Positions 40,702 to 51,772 are shown, counted from the first letter of the stretch. The stretch: 64,000 nt of DNA from an uncultured Chloroflexia bacterium (GCA_963749705.1 CAVVNQ010000008.1:256001-320000); one strand, 5' to 3'. Numbers and translations are program-made. The notes: generated by a model from the sequence alone, not told the origin.

Positions 40702-41193
40702 TCAGGCCGTAACGGTCTCGCGCTCGTCCTCGCCCGGCGCCTCGGAGGTGATCCCCCAGCCGCCGAAGATGGCCGTGCCCTCGAGACGCAGCGTCGGCGC
40801 ATCGGCCGGTCGCTCGATGCTCGGGCGCCCGTCACCGGCACCGCCGATCCCGACGATCCGCGTCTCCACGTTCCAGGTCTCGGGCACGATCAGGTTGCCG
40901 CCGCCGAACAGCGCGCTGGAGTGGATCGTGGCGCCGGCCGGGTCCAGGGTGGCATCGCGCAGGTCGAGCGTGCCGCCACCGAACCAGGTCGTGACGGTGC
41001 CGCCCTTGAACGCGCCGGACTCGCTGTGGAACTCGAGCGGACCGAAGGTCGCGACAAGGTCGACCTCATCCGAGGCGGGGTCCTGCGGCACGGCTTCGCG
41101 CCGTCGCGTCGCGGCGTAGATCACGGATCCGATCATGAACACGAACCACGCGAACAGCAGCAGGCTGACCGCCCGCATGAGCTTTCCCAACAT
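40702..41193 (-). CDS. LiaF/DUF2154-like membrane-anchored protein
   Basis: N-terminal TM; FGGGTLDLRDA...LFGGGNLIVPETWNV...IFGG. Confidence 0.75.
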   Translation of the reverse strand: MLGKLMRAVSLLLFAWFVFMIGSVIYAATRRREAVPQDPASDEVDLVATFGPLEFHSESGAFKGGTVTTWFGGGTLDLRDATLDPAGATIHSSALFGGGNLIVPETWNVETRIVGIGGAGDGRPSIERPADAPTLRLEGTAIFGGWGITSEAPGEDERETVTA

Positions 41194-41571
41194 CGCTGTC
41201 CTCATCTGCTGTGGGTCGTTCCCCGACCCGGACGGCGCTCCACCCGCCGCCCTCACATGGTGCCCTCGGACACCGCTCGTGGTCCAGTGCCGTGTGACGG
41301 CACGCCGACGGCTATCGAGCCTGCACCGGGTCGCCGTGCGCACGACCGCCGCCCATCGGCGATCGGCACGAGCACCCGCGAGCCAGTCGCCGGCCGGAGG
41401 CTGATTCGCGTGATCGAGCCCCGGCCTGTATGGTGGCCGCCTTCTCGTGCTCGATGGGCGCGCCGGTCAGCGCCCCGGTCCAACGGACCGCCCGATCCCG
41501 AATCACCATCACCAGCGCCCTGACCGGGCCCCGCATGCGTGCGGGAAGGGCCCTCAGGAGCGTTCCTCCCC

Positions 41572-43263
41572 ATGTCCTTCGATGCTCTCGGGCTGACGCC
41601 CGAGCTCCTCCGTGCCGTGTCCGACGAGGGCTACACGGAGCCCACCCCCGTCCAGCGCGAGGCGATCCCGCTCGTGCTCGCCGGCCGGGACCTGCTCGCC
41701 GGCGCCCAGACCGGCACCGGCAAGACCGCGGCGTTCGTGCTGCCGATCATCCAGATCCTGCACGCGACGCGCGTCCCCGGCACCCCCGCCCCGGTCGCCG
41801 ACGTCCGGCGCGACGGGTCGCGACCCCGCCCCGGCCAGTCCTCGCGGTCGACGCCCGCCACGGCGCGACCGCCGGTCCGCGTCCTGGTCGTCGTTCCGAC
41901 ACGCGAGCTCGCGATCCAGGTCGAGGAGAGCGTTCGGACCTACGGCGCCCACAAGCCCATCCGATCGACCACCATCTACGGCGGCGTCGGCTTCGAGCCC
42001 CAGGTGTCGAAGCTGCGGGGCGGCCCCGAGATCGTCGTCGCGACCCCCGGCCGCCTGCTCGACCATGTCACCCAGCGGACCATCGACCTGTCCCGGGTCG
42101 AGATCCTCGTCCTCGACGAGGCGGATCGCCTGCTCGACATGGGCTTCATCCGCGACATCCGCCGGATCATCGCCCTGCTCCCGGAGCGCCGCCAGAACCT
42201 GCTGTTCTCGGCGACCTTCTCCGACGATGTGCGAGCGCTGTCGAGCCTGATCCTCCACGAGCCCGCTCGCGTCCAGGTCACCCCGCGCAACACCACCGCC
42301 GAGCTGATCGAGCAGGTCGTGATGCCCGTCGATCGTGAGCGCAAGCGAGAGCTGCTGTCCCACCTGGTCTCGTCCGGGCGGGTCAGCCAGGCCCTCGTGT
42401 TCACGCGCACCAAGCACGGGGCGAACCGGTTGGCCGAGCAGCTCGGGCGCGACGGCATCAACGCCTCGGCGATCCACGGCAACAAGAGCCAGTCCCAGCG
42501 CGTCCGCGCGCTCGACGACTTCAAGGCCGGGCGGGTCGGGATCCTGGTGGCGACCGACATCGCAGCGCGCGGGCTGGACATCGAGCAGCTGCCGCACGTC
42601 GTCAACTACGAGCTGCCGATGGTCCCCGAGGACTACATCCACCGCATCGGCCGGACCGGCCGGGCCGGCACCGACGGCCAGGCGATCTCGCTGGTGTGCG
42701 TGGACGAGACGCCGCTGCTGCGCGACATCCAGTCGCTGCTCCGGCGGACGATCCCGTCCGAGGTGATCGAGGGCTTCGAGCCGGACCGCTCCGTGCGCGC
42801 CGAGCCGATCCGCCTGCGGTCCACGCCGGCCGAGCGAGCGATGCATGCCGCGGCCCGCGGCGGATCCTCGTCCCGTGGCGGATCCTCGTCCCGTGGCGGC
42901 TCACCGTCCCGTGGCGGCGCGGTCCAGAACCGGGGCGGCGCGATGTCGCGCGGCCCTGCGGCCCGCGGCGGATCACCGTCCCGTGGCGGCGCGCCGTCAT
43001 CGGCGAGAGGCGGCTCCCCGTCCCGTGGTCACGGTCGCGGCCGCGACGGTCGCGGCTCCGGGTTCTCCGGCGCCCCGACTCCCGGCAGCACGATCGGTCG
43101 CGTGTTCCCCGTGGGCGGCCCCGGCCGCAACGGAGATGGGCGCCCCGCGCATCACGATGGGCGACCGACGCATCAGGCCGACAGCCGCCCGACGCACCAC
43201 GCCCCCAATCATTCCCGGGCCCTCCCCGGCGAGCGCATCCGGCGCCTCGAACCGCGGGGCTGA
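41572..43263 (+). CDS. rhlE: DEAD-box RNA helicase, RhlE-like
   Basis: Q motif, [31 protein letters not shown]; RGG-rich tail. Confidence 0.9.
   Translation: MSFDALGLTPELLRAVSDEGYTEPTPVQREAIPLVLAGRDLLAGAQTGTGKTAAFVLPIIQILHATRVPGTPAPVADVRRDGSRPRPGQSSRSTPATARPPVRVLVVVPTRELAIQVEESVRTYGAHKPIRSTTIYGGVGFEPQVSKLRGGPEIVVATPGRLLDHVTQRTIDLSRVEILVLDEADRLLDMGFIRDIRRIIALLPERRQNLLFSATFSDDVRALSSLILHEPARVQVTPRNTTAELIEQVVMPVDRERKRELLSHLVSSGRVSQALVFTRTKHGANRLAEQLGRDGINASAIHGNKSQSQRVRALDDFKAGRVGILVATDIAARGLDIEQLPHVVNYELPMVPEDYIHRIGRTGRAGTDGQAISLVCVDETPLLRDIQSLLRRTIPSEVIEGFEPDRSVRAEPIRLRSTPAERAMHAAARGGSSSRGGSSSRGGSPSRGGAVQNRGGAMSRGPAARGGSPSRGGAPSSARGGSPSRGHGRGRDGRGSGFSGAPTPGSTIGRVFPVGGPGRNGDGRPAHHDGRPTHQADSRPTHHAPNHSRALPGERIRRLEPRG
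42856..43028 (+). repeat. 18-bp degenerate repeats encoding RGGS(S/P)S
   Basis: [18 protein letters not shown] ... RGGSPS ... RGGSPS. Confidence 0.75.
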
Positions 43264-43342
43264 TCGGACGGGCGGCCCCGGGTCGCTCCACCGGGGTCCG
43301 GCCCACGGCGTTCCCGCTCCACACGGGTTCCCGGTCCACGGC

Positions 43343-43382
43343 GTTCCGCCGCGGCCGACGGGGTTCCGCCGCGGCCGACGGG
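43343..43382 (+). repeat. 20-bp intergenic tandem repeat
   Basis: GTTCCGCCGCGGCCGACGGG twice. Confidence 0.85.
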
Positions 43383-43688
43383 TCGCCTGCCAGCGGATCG
43401 CCGCCAGCGGCCACCTCCCGATGACGGCCGTTGACCCACAGGCCACGAATTCGCCCGATCGGCGCCTCTGGGAACCATTGTGGCTGGATCCGTGGTCTGT
43501 GCGGCCACGGACCTGGCCCAAATCGCGTCCCGCATCGACGAATTGGGACCCGAGGGCAATTTCGTGGCGCAGGAGTCAACAGAGGCCCCCAACGCGCCGC
43601 GGACAGCCGGCAATCGTGGCGGCTGAGGCCACGGTCGGAACGGACTCGCTCCCCGCCCGAGGACCGCGCCCCGATCAGACCGCGGCGA

Positions 43689-44650
43689 TCAGACCGCGGC
43701 GGGCCCCGGCATCCGGGACGACGGCATCCGGGACGACGCCAGCCGTTCCTCGAACCGCTTCGCCGCGGCATCGAGCTTGTCCAGGTGCTCGGCCAGGCGG
43801 CGGCGCGCCTCTTCGGCGGCGGCATCCAGCCCGCTGAGCTCGAAGATCCCCCAGTGCCGGATCACCGGTAGCAGCACCTCGTCCCGGTGGACGCGCAGGT
43901 CGTAGATCCCGGCCTTCGCGATGTCCGCCGCCTTGCGCAGGAAGTTGGGGATCCCGGCGCCCGGCATCTGGAACCGCAGCACCTCGTCGACGATCGCCCG
44001 CACGGCAGCCGACGGCTCGATCGCAGGGCGGCCTTGAGGATGTCGCGGTAGAACACCATGTGCAGGTTCTCGTCGGCGGCGATGCGGACCATGATCCGGT
44101 CCGCGACCGGGTCGTCCGAGTACCGCCCGGTGTTGCGATGCGCGATCCGCGTCGCCAGCTCCTGGAACGCCACGTACGCGAGGCCGTGGAGCGTGTCCGG
44201 TGAGTCGTGGTCGTATCCCTGCTGGAGCTGGCTCATCCGGCCGCGCTCGATGAGCACCGGGTCGATGTTGCGGGTGACCGTGAGGTAGTCGCGGAGCACG
44301 ATGGCGTGGCGACCCTCCTCGGCGGTCCATCGGCCGACCCACGTGAGCCACGCCCCGTCGCCCTTGCCGAACATCCCGTGGATCAGCCGGTGGTAGCTGG
44401 GCAGGTTGTCCTCGGTCAGCAGCCCGACCTCGAACGCGGTCTGGGCGACCCCCTCGAGCCGCGGCTGGTCCGGCGTCCAGGGCTCCTTGTCGAAGTCGCG
44501 GCCGAGCCGGTACGGGACGTACTCGTGCGGGAACCATTCCGCCGCGACCTTGAGGTGCCGGTCGAGGAGCCGTCCGGCCTCGGGCTCGAGCTCGGTGAGC
44601 AGGCGACGATCGAGGGCGGAGATCTCGGACGGATCGAGGGTGTCGGACAC
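43689..44650 (-). CDS. Acyl-ACP desaturase (DesA-like), frameshifted near 44024
   Basis: LLTEDNLPSYH, WTAEEGRH, QELAT, DENLH; C-terminal FQMPG...AKAGIYD continues in another frame after a 1-nt loss. Confidence 0.85.
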
Positions 44651-44839
44651 GGGTCACCAATGGTTGCGGTCGATGCGAGCCGGGACGCGGGTCGCACCGG
44701 AGAGCCGATGATGACCGCTGGGAACGCCCGCCCGATCGGCCGTGCGTGCAGCCCTGCAGGCACCGACGGCCCGGCGCTCTTGCGACGCGGTCCCGGGCGC
44801 GCCAACCCCCCAGGTTGGACCGCGCCGTATCCTTCGGCC

Positions 44840-45682
44840 ATGTCGCTGTACCGCCTCGACGGCCCGATCGCGATCGAGGCCCCGGTCATCATCGCCGCGT
44901 TCGACGGCTGGGTCGACGCGGGATCGGCGGCCACCACCGCCCTGTCGCTGCTGGCGCTCGAGGGTGTCAGGGTCGCGACCTTCGACGGCGACCAGCTGTT
45001 CGACTACCGCTCGCGCCGGCCGACGCTGGACATCCGCGACGGCCGCCTGTCATCGCTGGCATGGCCGGAGCTGACGCTCAAGCACGTGCGGTTCGGCACT
45101 CGCGACCTGCTGGTGCTGACCGGTGCCGAGCCCGACGATCGATGGCGGGCGCTGGGCGACGCGGTGACCGAGCTGGCGCAACGGCTCGACGTCCGCGGCT
45201 GGATCAGCCTGGGGGCGATCCCGGCAGCCGTTCCACACACCCGCCCGGTGCCGATCCTGGGCACCGAGAGCCAGCCGGGCCTGCTGCGGGGCGGCGTCGC
45301 GCCGGGCCCGATCGGCACCCTGCGCGTGCCGTCGGCGGCGCTGTCGATGCTCGAGATGGCCATCGGGGCCATCGGGATCCCGGCGGTCGGGTACTTCGCG
45401 CAGGTGCCGCACTACGTCACGGGCCCGTACGCGATCGCCGCCGTGGAGCTGCTGCGCGCCGTGGAGCAGCACCTCGACGTCGACCTGCCGCGCGGCGCGC
45501 TGGCCGAGGAGGCGCGACAGCTCCGGACCCGCCTCGACGCGGCGGCCGCCGCCGACGAAGCCACGCGCACGTACGTCGAGCGGCTCGAAGCGATGGTCGA
45601 TGAGTCGCGGCTGCCCGAGGGCGACGACCTGATCTCCGAGATCGAGCGGTTCCTGGCTGATCGGAACGCGAACGGCTCATAG
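44840..45682 (+). CDS. PAC2 family (proteasome assembly chaperone-like) protein
   Basis: AFDGWVDAGSAA, FDYRSRRP, GAEPD, VPHTRP, QVPHY. Confidence 0.85.
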   Translation: MSLYRLDGPIAIEAPVIIAAFDGWVDAGSAATTALSLLALEGVRVATFDGDQLFDYRSRRPTLDIRDGRLSSLAWPELTLKHVRFGTRDLLVLTGAEPDDRWRALGDAVTELAQRLDVRGWISLGAIPAAVPHTRPVPILGTESQPGLLRGGVAPGPIGTLRVPSAALSMLEMAIGAIGIPAVGYFAQVPHYVTGPYAIAAVELLRAVEQHLDVDLPRGALAEEARQLRTRLDAAAAADEATRTYVERLEAMVDESRLPEGDDLISEIERFLADRNANGS

Positions 45683-45754
45683 CCGTCCGCACGGCTCGCC
45701 GTCGGACGGCTCGCCGTCGGGCGCCGGTCCGCTCGCACCCGGTCCGGCGGCTCG

Positions 45755-47809
45755 CTAGTAGCGCTCGCGCCTGACCATCACCTTGAGGCCCTTGACCGTC
45801 GCCGCCCGGAGCGCGCGGATCACGTGGTCCGCGGCATCGTCGGGCACCTCGACCAGCGAGAACCCGTCGGCGATCTGGATCGCACCGATGTCGCCGCCAC
45901 GGAGCCCGGCCTCGTTGGTGATCGCGCCCACCAGGTCGCCGGGCCGGACGCCCGCCGCACGGCCCGCGCCCACGAACAGCCGCGTGACGCCCCCGCCCGA
46001 GCCTCGCTTCGGTGCCTGGAGCACGGGCCGCCCCTCGTTGTCGTGCCAGCCGCTCACGCGGAAGCCGCGCCGGGGTCCGGCGCCGGGACGCCCGGGTCCG
46101 GCGGCTGGACGTCCGGCTCGCGCCGGGTACGGGGCCGGGCGCCCGTCCCCATCGTTGCCGCCCGGCCGTGGCGCCCCACGAGATTGCGGCGGGCGCCCGC
46201 GACCGCGCGGTCCGGGACCCCAGCCAGGGCCACCCGGGCCACCTCGCGGATCCTGGAAGCCGGGCAGCCTGGCGGGTGCCAGCTCCTTCTCGTCCTCGGC
46301 GCCCCGCGCCTCCGTATCGGCGAGGCTGAGCGCGGCGAGCGCGATGTCGACGAGGTCGAACTCGGCCGACAGCGGCTCCACCGCGGCACGGTACCGGTCG
46401 AGGCCGCCGGCGACCAGCGTCTCGCGCAGCGTGCCCCGCAGCATGTCCAGCCGGTGCTCCCGCACGTCGGCCACCGTGGGCAGGCCCGCGATCTCGAGCG
46501 GGGTGCCGATCGTGCGCTCGATGTCCCGCAGCAACCGGTGCTCGCGTGGCTCGACGAGGGTGATCGCAACGCCCTCCCGGCCCGCACGACCGGTCCGCCC
46601 GGTCCGGTGCACGTACACGTCGGGCGAGGACGGCACGTCGTAGTTGACGACGTGGCTGATGTGCCCGATGTCGAGCCCGCGCGCGGCCACGTCCGTGGCC
46701 ACCAGGACGTCGAGCGCCCCGTCGCGGAAGCGGTTCATGATCCGGTCGCGCTGCTCCTGCGACAGACCGCCGTGGAGCGCCGCCGCATCGCGGCCGCGCC
46801 CGCTCAGCGCCTCGGCGAGGTCATCCACCTCGCCCCGGGTCCGTGCGAACACGAGCGTGGCGGCGCCGTCCTCGAGGTCGAGGATCCGGCCCAGGGCCGC
46901 GAGCTTGTCGGCCCGCCGCACGACGTAGGCGACCTGGCGGACCCGGGCGGCCTCACCCTCGGGCTGCGCCGCCTGCTCCACGCGGACGCGGACCGGCCGC
47001 TCGAGGTGTCGCTCGGCGAGGCGCGCGATCTGGCCCGCGATGGTCGCCGAGAACAGCGCGGTCTGGCGCTTCTTCGGCAGCGCCGACAGGATCTTGTCAA
47101 GATCGTCCGCGAAGCCCATGTCGAGCATCTCGTCCGCCTCGTCGAGGACGACGGTCTCGACCTCGTCGAACCGGAGCGTCCCCCGATCGAGATGGTCGAC
47201 CGCGCGACCCGGCGTGGCGACCACGACATCGACGCCGCGCGCCAGGCGGTGGAGCTGCGTGGTGATCGGCTGTCCGCCGTAGATCGGCACCACCCGAACG
47301 CCCAGCTCGCGTCCGTAGCGGTGGATCGCCTCGGCGACCTGCATCGCCAGCTCGCGCGTCGGGGTCAGGACCAGCGAGCTGGGCCGGCTCCCCCGACCGT
47401 CCTGCGGCACCCCGCGATTGCCCGCCGGCCGCCCGGCATCGCGATCCGCGTCCATGCGCGTCGCCAGGTGCTGGAGGATCGGCAGCGCGAACGCGGCCGT
47501 CTTGCCGGTCCCGGTGGGCGCCTCGGCGAGCAGATCCTGGCCCGCGAGGAGCGGCGGGATCGCCGCCAGCTGGACGGGTGTCGCCTCCTCGTACCCGAGC
47601 CCGGCCAGCGTTCGCAGCAGCCGGGGATCGAGGTCGAGGGCGGCAAAGCCCTCGCCGTCGGGCTCGGCCTGCGCGGGCGTGGATCGGGCGTCGGCAGCGG
47701 CGGAGTTGGCCGGCTCGAGATCCGGTGGGCCGGCGTCGACGTGGTCGCCGGCGGGCGTCGACACGGGTTCAGGATCGGCCGCGGCCGGATCATCGATTGG
47801 AGAGGTCAC
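45755..47809 (-). CDS. deaD: DEAD-box RNA helicase DeaD/CsdA with a DbpA RNA-binding domain
   Basis: APTGTGKT, DEADEMLDMGF, HRTGRTGRAG; C-terminal RLFVGAGR..GVRPGDLVGAITNE. Confidence 0.85.
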   Translation of the reverse strand: MTSPIDDPAAADPEPVSTPAGDHVDAGPPDLEPANSAAADARSTPAQAEPDGEGFAALDLDPRLLRTLAGLGYEEATPVQLAAIPPLLAGQDLLAEAPTGTGKTAAFALPILQHLATRMDADRDAGRPAGNRGVPQDGRGSRPSSLVLTPTRELAMQVAEAIHRYGRELGVRVVPIYGGQPITTQLHRLARGVDVVVATPGRAVDHLDRGTLRFDEVETVVLDEADEMLDMGFADDLDKILSALPKKRQTALFSATIAGQIARLAERHLERPVRVRVEQAAQPEGEAARVRQVAYVVRRADKLAALGRILDLEDGAATLVFARTRGEVDDLAEALSGRGRDAAALHGGLSQEQRDRIMNRFRDGALDVLVATDVAARGLDIGHISHVVNYDVPSSPDVYVHRTGRTGRAGREGVAITLVEPREHRLLRDIERTIGTPLEIAGLPTVADVREHRLDMLRGTLRETLVAGGLDRYRAAVEPLSAEFDLVDIALAALSLADTEARGAEDEKELAPARLPGFQDPRGGPGGPGWGPGPRGRGRPPQSRGAPRPGGNDGDGRPAPYPARAGRPAAGPGRPGAGPRRGFRVSGWHDNEGRPVLQAPKRGSGGGVTRLFVGAGRAAGVRPGDLVGAITNEAGLRGGDIGAIQIADGFSLVEVPDDAADHVIRALRAATVKGLKVMVRRERY

Positions 47810-47870
47810 GAGGTGATGCTAGGCCGCATCGGATATCCGCGCCTCGAAACGGGCGCCTCCAACCCGCCGG

Positions 47871-48939
47871 CTACCGCGTCTCGGTCACCTTGCGCAGGCC
47901 GCGCGGCCGTTCGGGGTCGAGACCCCGGGCGAGCGCCAGGTGCATCGCGTGGAGCTGGGCGGGCACGATCGCGGCGATCGGGTTCAGCCACTCCGGCAGC
48001 CCGCCGGGCACGGCCATGGCCCATCGCCCGATGGATCGGGCGTCGGCGTCATCGGACAGCACGAGCACGTCCGCCTCGAGATCGCGGACGAGCGCTCGCA
48101 GCGACGTGGCCAGGGCGTCGCGCGCAGGCCCCGAGGAGACGCTCGCGAACACGGCATCGCCCGGCGCCAGCAGGGCGACCGGACCATGCGCGAAGTCGGC
48201 GGCGCTGTACGGATCGGCCCACAGCTGGGCGATCTCCTTGAGCTTGAGGCTCCACTCGCGGGCCGTTGCATATCCGAACCCGCGACCGAGCACGACGGCC
48301 CGGGCCAGACCGGCCTGGTCTGCCGCGATCCGCGATGCGTCCGGCTCCACCTCGAGTGCCCCGGCGATCGCCTGCGGGACGTGCTCGAGCTCGCCACGTG
48401 CCGGCCCCGGGTCGCCGTCGAGCGCCGCCGACAGCATCGCCACCGCCAGCAGCTCTGCGGTGTACGTCTTGGTTGCCGCGATCGAGCGCTCCTCGCCCGC
48501 GCCCAGGTCGAGGACATGGGCGGCAGCCGCGGCCAGCGGCGAGCCCGGCACGTTGGTGATCGCGAGGGTGAGCGCCCCCTGCTCGTCGCGCGGCCGCGAC
48601 GACGCCGACCACGTCCGGCGACTGTCCCGACTGGCTGACGCCGACCACGATGGCATCGCGGTAGCCCGGCGACGCGTCGTACAGGGTCGCGAGCGACGGC
48701 GCGGCGAGCGCGACCGGCAGCCCGTTGCGAGCCCCGAGGACGTACTGGGCGAACACGGCGGCGTGGTCGGACGTGCCGCGCGCCGCGATCACGACCAGCC
48801 CGGCCTCGCGCCGGCGCACCTCCGCGGCCACGGCGTCGACGACGGGCGCTGCCGAGCGGAGCAGGCGTGCCGCGACCTCCGGCTGCTGGCGGATCTCGTC
48901 GCGCAGGCGGCTCGCGGCTGGGGTGGACGGTGTGGTCAC
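47871..48939 (-). CDS. Double SIS-domain phosphosugar isomerase/deaminase (GlmS C-terminal-like), frameshifted near 48577
   Basis: EIRQQP, ARGTSDHA, SQSGQSPD, then AITN...AATKTY, LKLKE, HGP, PRGLRKVTET in the next frame; shift at a C5 run. Confidence 0.85.
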
Positions 48940-49011
48940 CTGCCCATTGTCGCGGAACCCGCGCCGCGAGGGGGGTTCCCAGCGACCGGCCGGCGGCGGG
49001 ATACTCATGCC

Positions 49012-49461
49012 ATGCGGCGAGTCGAGGCCGAGGCGCTCGTGGGCGCGTCGCGCGAGGAGGTCTGGCAGCTCTACGACGACATCGCGGGCACGCCCCGCTG
49101 GGTGCCGTTCGTCGTGGACGTCGTGTACGTGTCGGGCCCGGCACGGGTCGGGACGGTCTACCGGGAGCGGACGCGGCTGGCCGGCGTGCTCGACACGGGA
49201 CAGTGGGAGATCGTGGAGCACCGCCGTCCCGTCCGCCAGGTGCACGTCTCGTCGGACAAGGGCCTCGACAGCACGCTGATCATCACCTTCGATGCGCGCG
49301 GAACCGGCACCTGGGTGACCGAGGTCGCCGAGCTCCGCTCGCGGCTGTGGGGCCCGCTCGGCTGGCTCCACGAGGCGATCGCCAGCATCCCGGCCGGCCG
49401 CGGCGTGCGGGGCGCGGTCGCCGGCGCCAAGCGCGTGTTCGAGGGCGATCCACCGCGCTGA
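49012..49461 (+). CDS. SRPBCC family protein
   Basis: ASREEVWQLYDD...PRWVP...VGTVYRE. Confidence 0.8.
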   Translation: MRRVEAEALVGASREEVWQLYDDIAGTPRWVPFVVDVVYVSGPARVGTVYRERTRLAGVLDTGQWEIVEHRRPVRQVHVSSDKGLDSTLIITFDARGTGTWVTEVAELRSRLWGPLGWLHEAIASIPAGRGVRGAVAGAKRVFEGDPPR

Positions 49462-49529
49462 CCGGGCGGGCGGCCGGGATGACCCGCGGCGCAACCAGGC
49501 AAACCCCGGGTCATCCGGCAGTGCGGCGG

Positions 49530-50210
49530 TCAGGGAACCTCGATCTCGCGGACCACGGCAAGGTGCCGGCCGGGCCCGGCGCCGTCGCGGGTCACGTGGT
49601 ACTCGATCTCGCGCGGCGACCCGTCACTGAACCGGAAGCGCAGGGTCGAATGCAGGGTCCCTACCGACCGAAGCACCGCCCACATCGCCAGCACATCGTC
49701 CGCCGCCGAGACGTCACCGGGGTTCGCGAACGCCTCGACCTGCTGCCCCCGGAGCACCTCCGCCGGCGCCTCGACGATCTCGGTCAGCGACGTCGACACC
49801 TCAACGAACCGGCGCTCGTCGTCGATGATCGCCCACGCATGGCCCGGCTCCTCCCACCAGCGATGTCCCGGGACGACGCTGCCGAAGCGGTACACGTACC
49901 ACACGGTCTCGGCCGTGCCGGGATCGGCGAGCGAGTCCCGCGGCCGGACGACCGCGGCCGGATACCGGTCGCGCAATCGCCACTGGAGGTCGTGCGCCTC
50001 GATGGGCTTGAGCCGGCGCGTCCGCGACCCCTTCGTCGCCGTCGCCTGCAGGTAGGCGAGCGCGTCCCCGACGTGTCGCCGGAACGCGATGTCCTCGGCG
50101 GGAAAGATCTGCAGGCGCAGGGTCGGGTCAGCGGGCAAGGGGGTACCGATCCGGACTTGTGTGGGACCACGGACATGGTCCACAGGCAACGCCCCGGCGT
50201 CACTCCGCAA
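49530..50210 (-). CDS. PAS-domain-containing protein
   Basis: AIIDDERRFVEVS...EVLRGQQV...RFSDGSPREIEYH; start uncertain. Confidence 0.6.
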   Translation of the reverse strand: MRSDAGALPVDHVRGPTQVRIGTPLPADPTLRLQIFPAEDIAFRRHVGDALAYLQATATKGSRTRRLKPIEAHDLQWRLRDRYPAAVVRPRDSLADPGTAETVWYVYRFGSVVPGHRWWEEPGHAWAIIDDERRFVEVSTSLTEIVEAPAEVLRGQQVEAFANPGDVSAADDVLAMWAVLRSVGTLHSTLRFRFSDGSPREIEYHVTRDGAGPGRHLAVVREIEVP

Positions 50211-50511
50211 TGTGCCCTATTCGCGCCGGCCGCTCGGCCGCGGACGGCGGGCTGCCCGGGGAATCAGAAACGGACCGCCTTGCGAACAGGATTTCCGACT
50301 CCGCCGCCGCCCGGCATCCCGCCGGAGGGTCGACGCGCCATCGGATTTGGTCCGAATGTTGGCGGTCCGTTTGATGCGCCCACCCTAGCCCTGGCCGTGG
50401 CGGCGGGGCACCGGCCAGAGGTCAGGGCCGGAGGCAGACGAAGGTCAGGGAACCACCCGGCCAACCGGCCCCGCCCGGGCCGTGCCGGTCCTTCGCGATA
50501 CCCTTGTGGGG

Positions 50512-51225
50512 ATGCTCGCCGCCGACCGCCACCTGCCGCTCGAGGGCACCCGCAACCTCCGCGACGTCGGCGGCTACCCAGCGGCGAACGGCCGCATGAC
50601 CCGCTGGCGGACGCTGCTCCGGTCGGACGAGCTGACGACGCTCCCGGACCACGCGCGCCGGGAGCTGCTCGAGCTCGGTGTCCGCCAGGTCGTCGACCTG
50701 CGCTGGCCGGAGGAGCTCGAGCGATCCCCGAATGCGTTCCTGCGCTCCCCCGTCGTCCGATATCGCAGCGTGCCGCTGCTCGCCGACGATCCCACCCCGC
50801 ACGCCGGCCTCGCCGGCATGTACCGCCACGTGTTCGACGCCCGGGCGCCCCAGCTGGCCGAGGTGGTCAGGGCGCTGCTCGAGGACGAGGGCCTGCCCGC
50901 GATCATCGGCTGCGCCGCGGGCAAGGACCGGACGGGGGTCACGATCGCCCTGCTGCTGGACCTGGTCGGCGTCCCGACGGACGTCATCGTCGAGGACTAC
51001 GCGCTGTCGGCCGGCTACTTCGCGTCGCCCGTGGCACACGTGGCGCTCGATGACTGGCGGCACCACCCGCTCGTGGTCGACAGCCCGCCGGAGTTCATGG
51101 CCAGCGCCCTCGAGCACCTCGACCGGGTGCACGGCGGAGCGCAGGCGCTGCTCCGCCGCCAGGGGATTGCCCAGGCCGACATCGACCGCCTGGTCGACCT
51201 GCTCACCGAGCCGTCCGCCGCCTGA
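50512..51225 (+). CDS. Protein tyrosine/lipid phosphatase (Y_phosphatase3, MptpB-like)
   Basis: NLRDVGGY, LLRS, VDLR, CAAGKDRTG, DYALS. Confidence 0.9.
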   Translation: MLAADRHLPLEGTRNLRDVGGYPAANGRMTRWRTLLRSDELTTLPDHARRELLELGVRQVVDLRWPEELERSPNAFLRSPVVRYRSVPLLADDPTPHAGLAGMYRHVFDARAPQLAEVVRALLEDEGLPAIIGCAAGKDRTGVTIALLLDLVGVPTDVIVEDYALSAGYFASPVAHVALDDWRHHPLVVDSPPEFMASALEHLDRVHGGAQALLRRQGIAQADIDRLVDLLTEPSAA

Positions 51226-51286
51226 CCTCCCGGCGATCTCGCGGGCGCATCGTGCACCGGCCGCCCAGGAAGCCTACGATTCCCGC

Positions 51287-51730
51287 ATGGGCCGTGTCGG
51301 CGCCTCCCTCGAGCTCCCCCATCCTCCCGAGCGCGTGTTCGACGTGGCCACGAGGATCGAGGACCTGCCGCGCTGGCTGCCCGAGGTCATCGAGGCCGAG
51401 CTCATCGATGCCCCGCTGGCCCCAGGAAGCCGGGTCCGGCTCAAGCTGTCCGCCGCGGCGGCCGGGGTCGAGGTCACCGGCACCGTCCGGCAGCTGCGCG
51501 CCCCGTCGATCCTCGCCATCGGTGGATCCGGCGGCCCGCTCACCGTCGAGGTCCGGACGAGGCTGCAGCCGGTCGGCGAGGGCTCCACGCGGATCTCGCT
51601 CGAGATCGACCTGACCGCGTCGCCGCTGCTGGGGTTCGTCGCCCGCGAGGCCGAGCGCCGGATCAACGCGGAGCTGCCCGCCTCGCTGCAACGGTTCCGG
51701 GTGCTGCTGGACGCCGACCCGACAGCCTGA
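51287..51730 (+). CDS. SRPBCC family protein
   Basis: PPERVFD...LPRWLP... Confidence 0.75.
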   Translation: MGRVGASLELPHPPERVFDVATRIEDLPRWLPEVIEAELIDAPLAPGSRVRLKLSAAAAGVEVTGTVRQLRAPSILAIGGSGGPLTVEVRTRLQPVGEGSTRISLEIDLTASPLLGFVAREAERRINAELPASLQRFRVLLDADPTA

Positions 51731-51772
51731 GCTCCGGCGCGCAAGCGCGAGCGGGGTCGCCGGACCGCCGCC

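Noticed and set aside
50206-50214. CGCAATGTG matching the reverse of the array site's right arm
   Set aside because: Only 9 bp with no left arm; compatible with chance.
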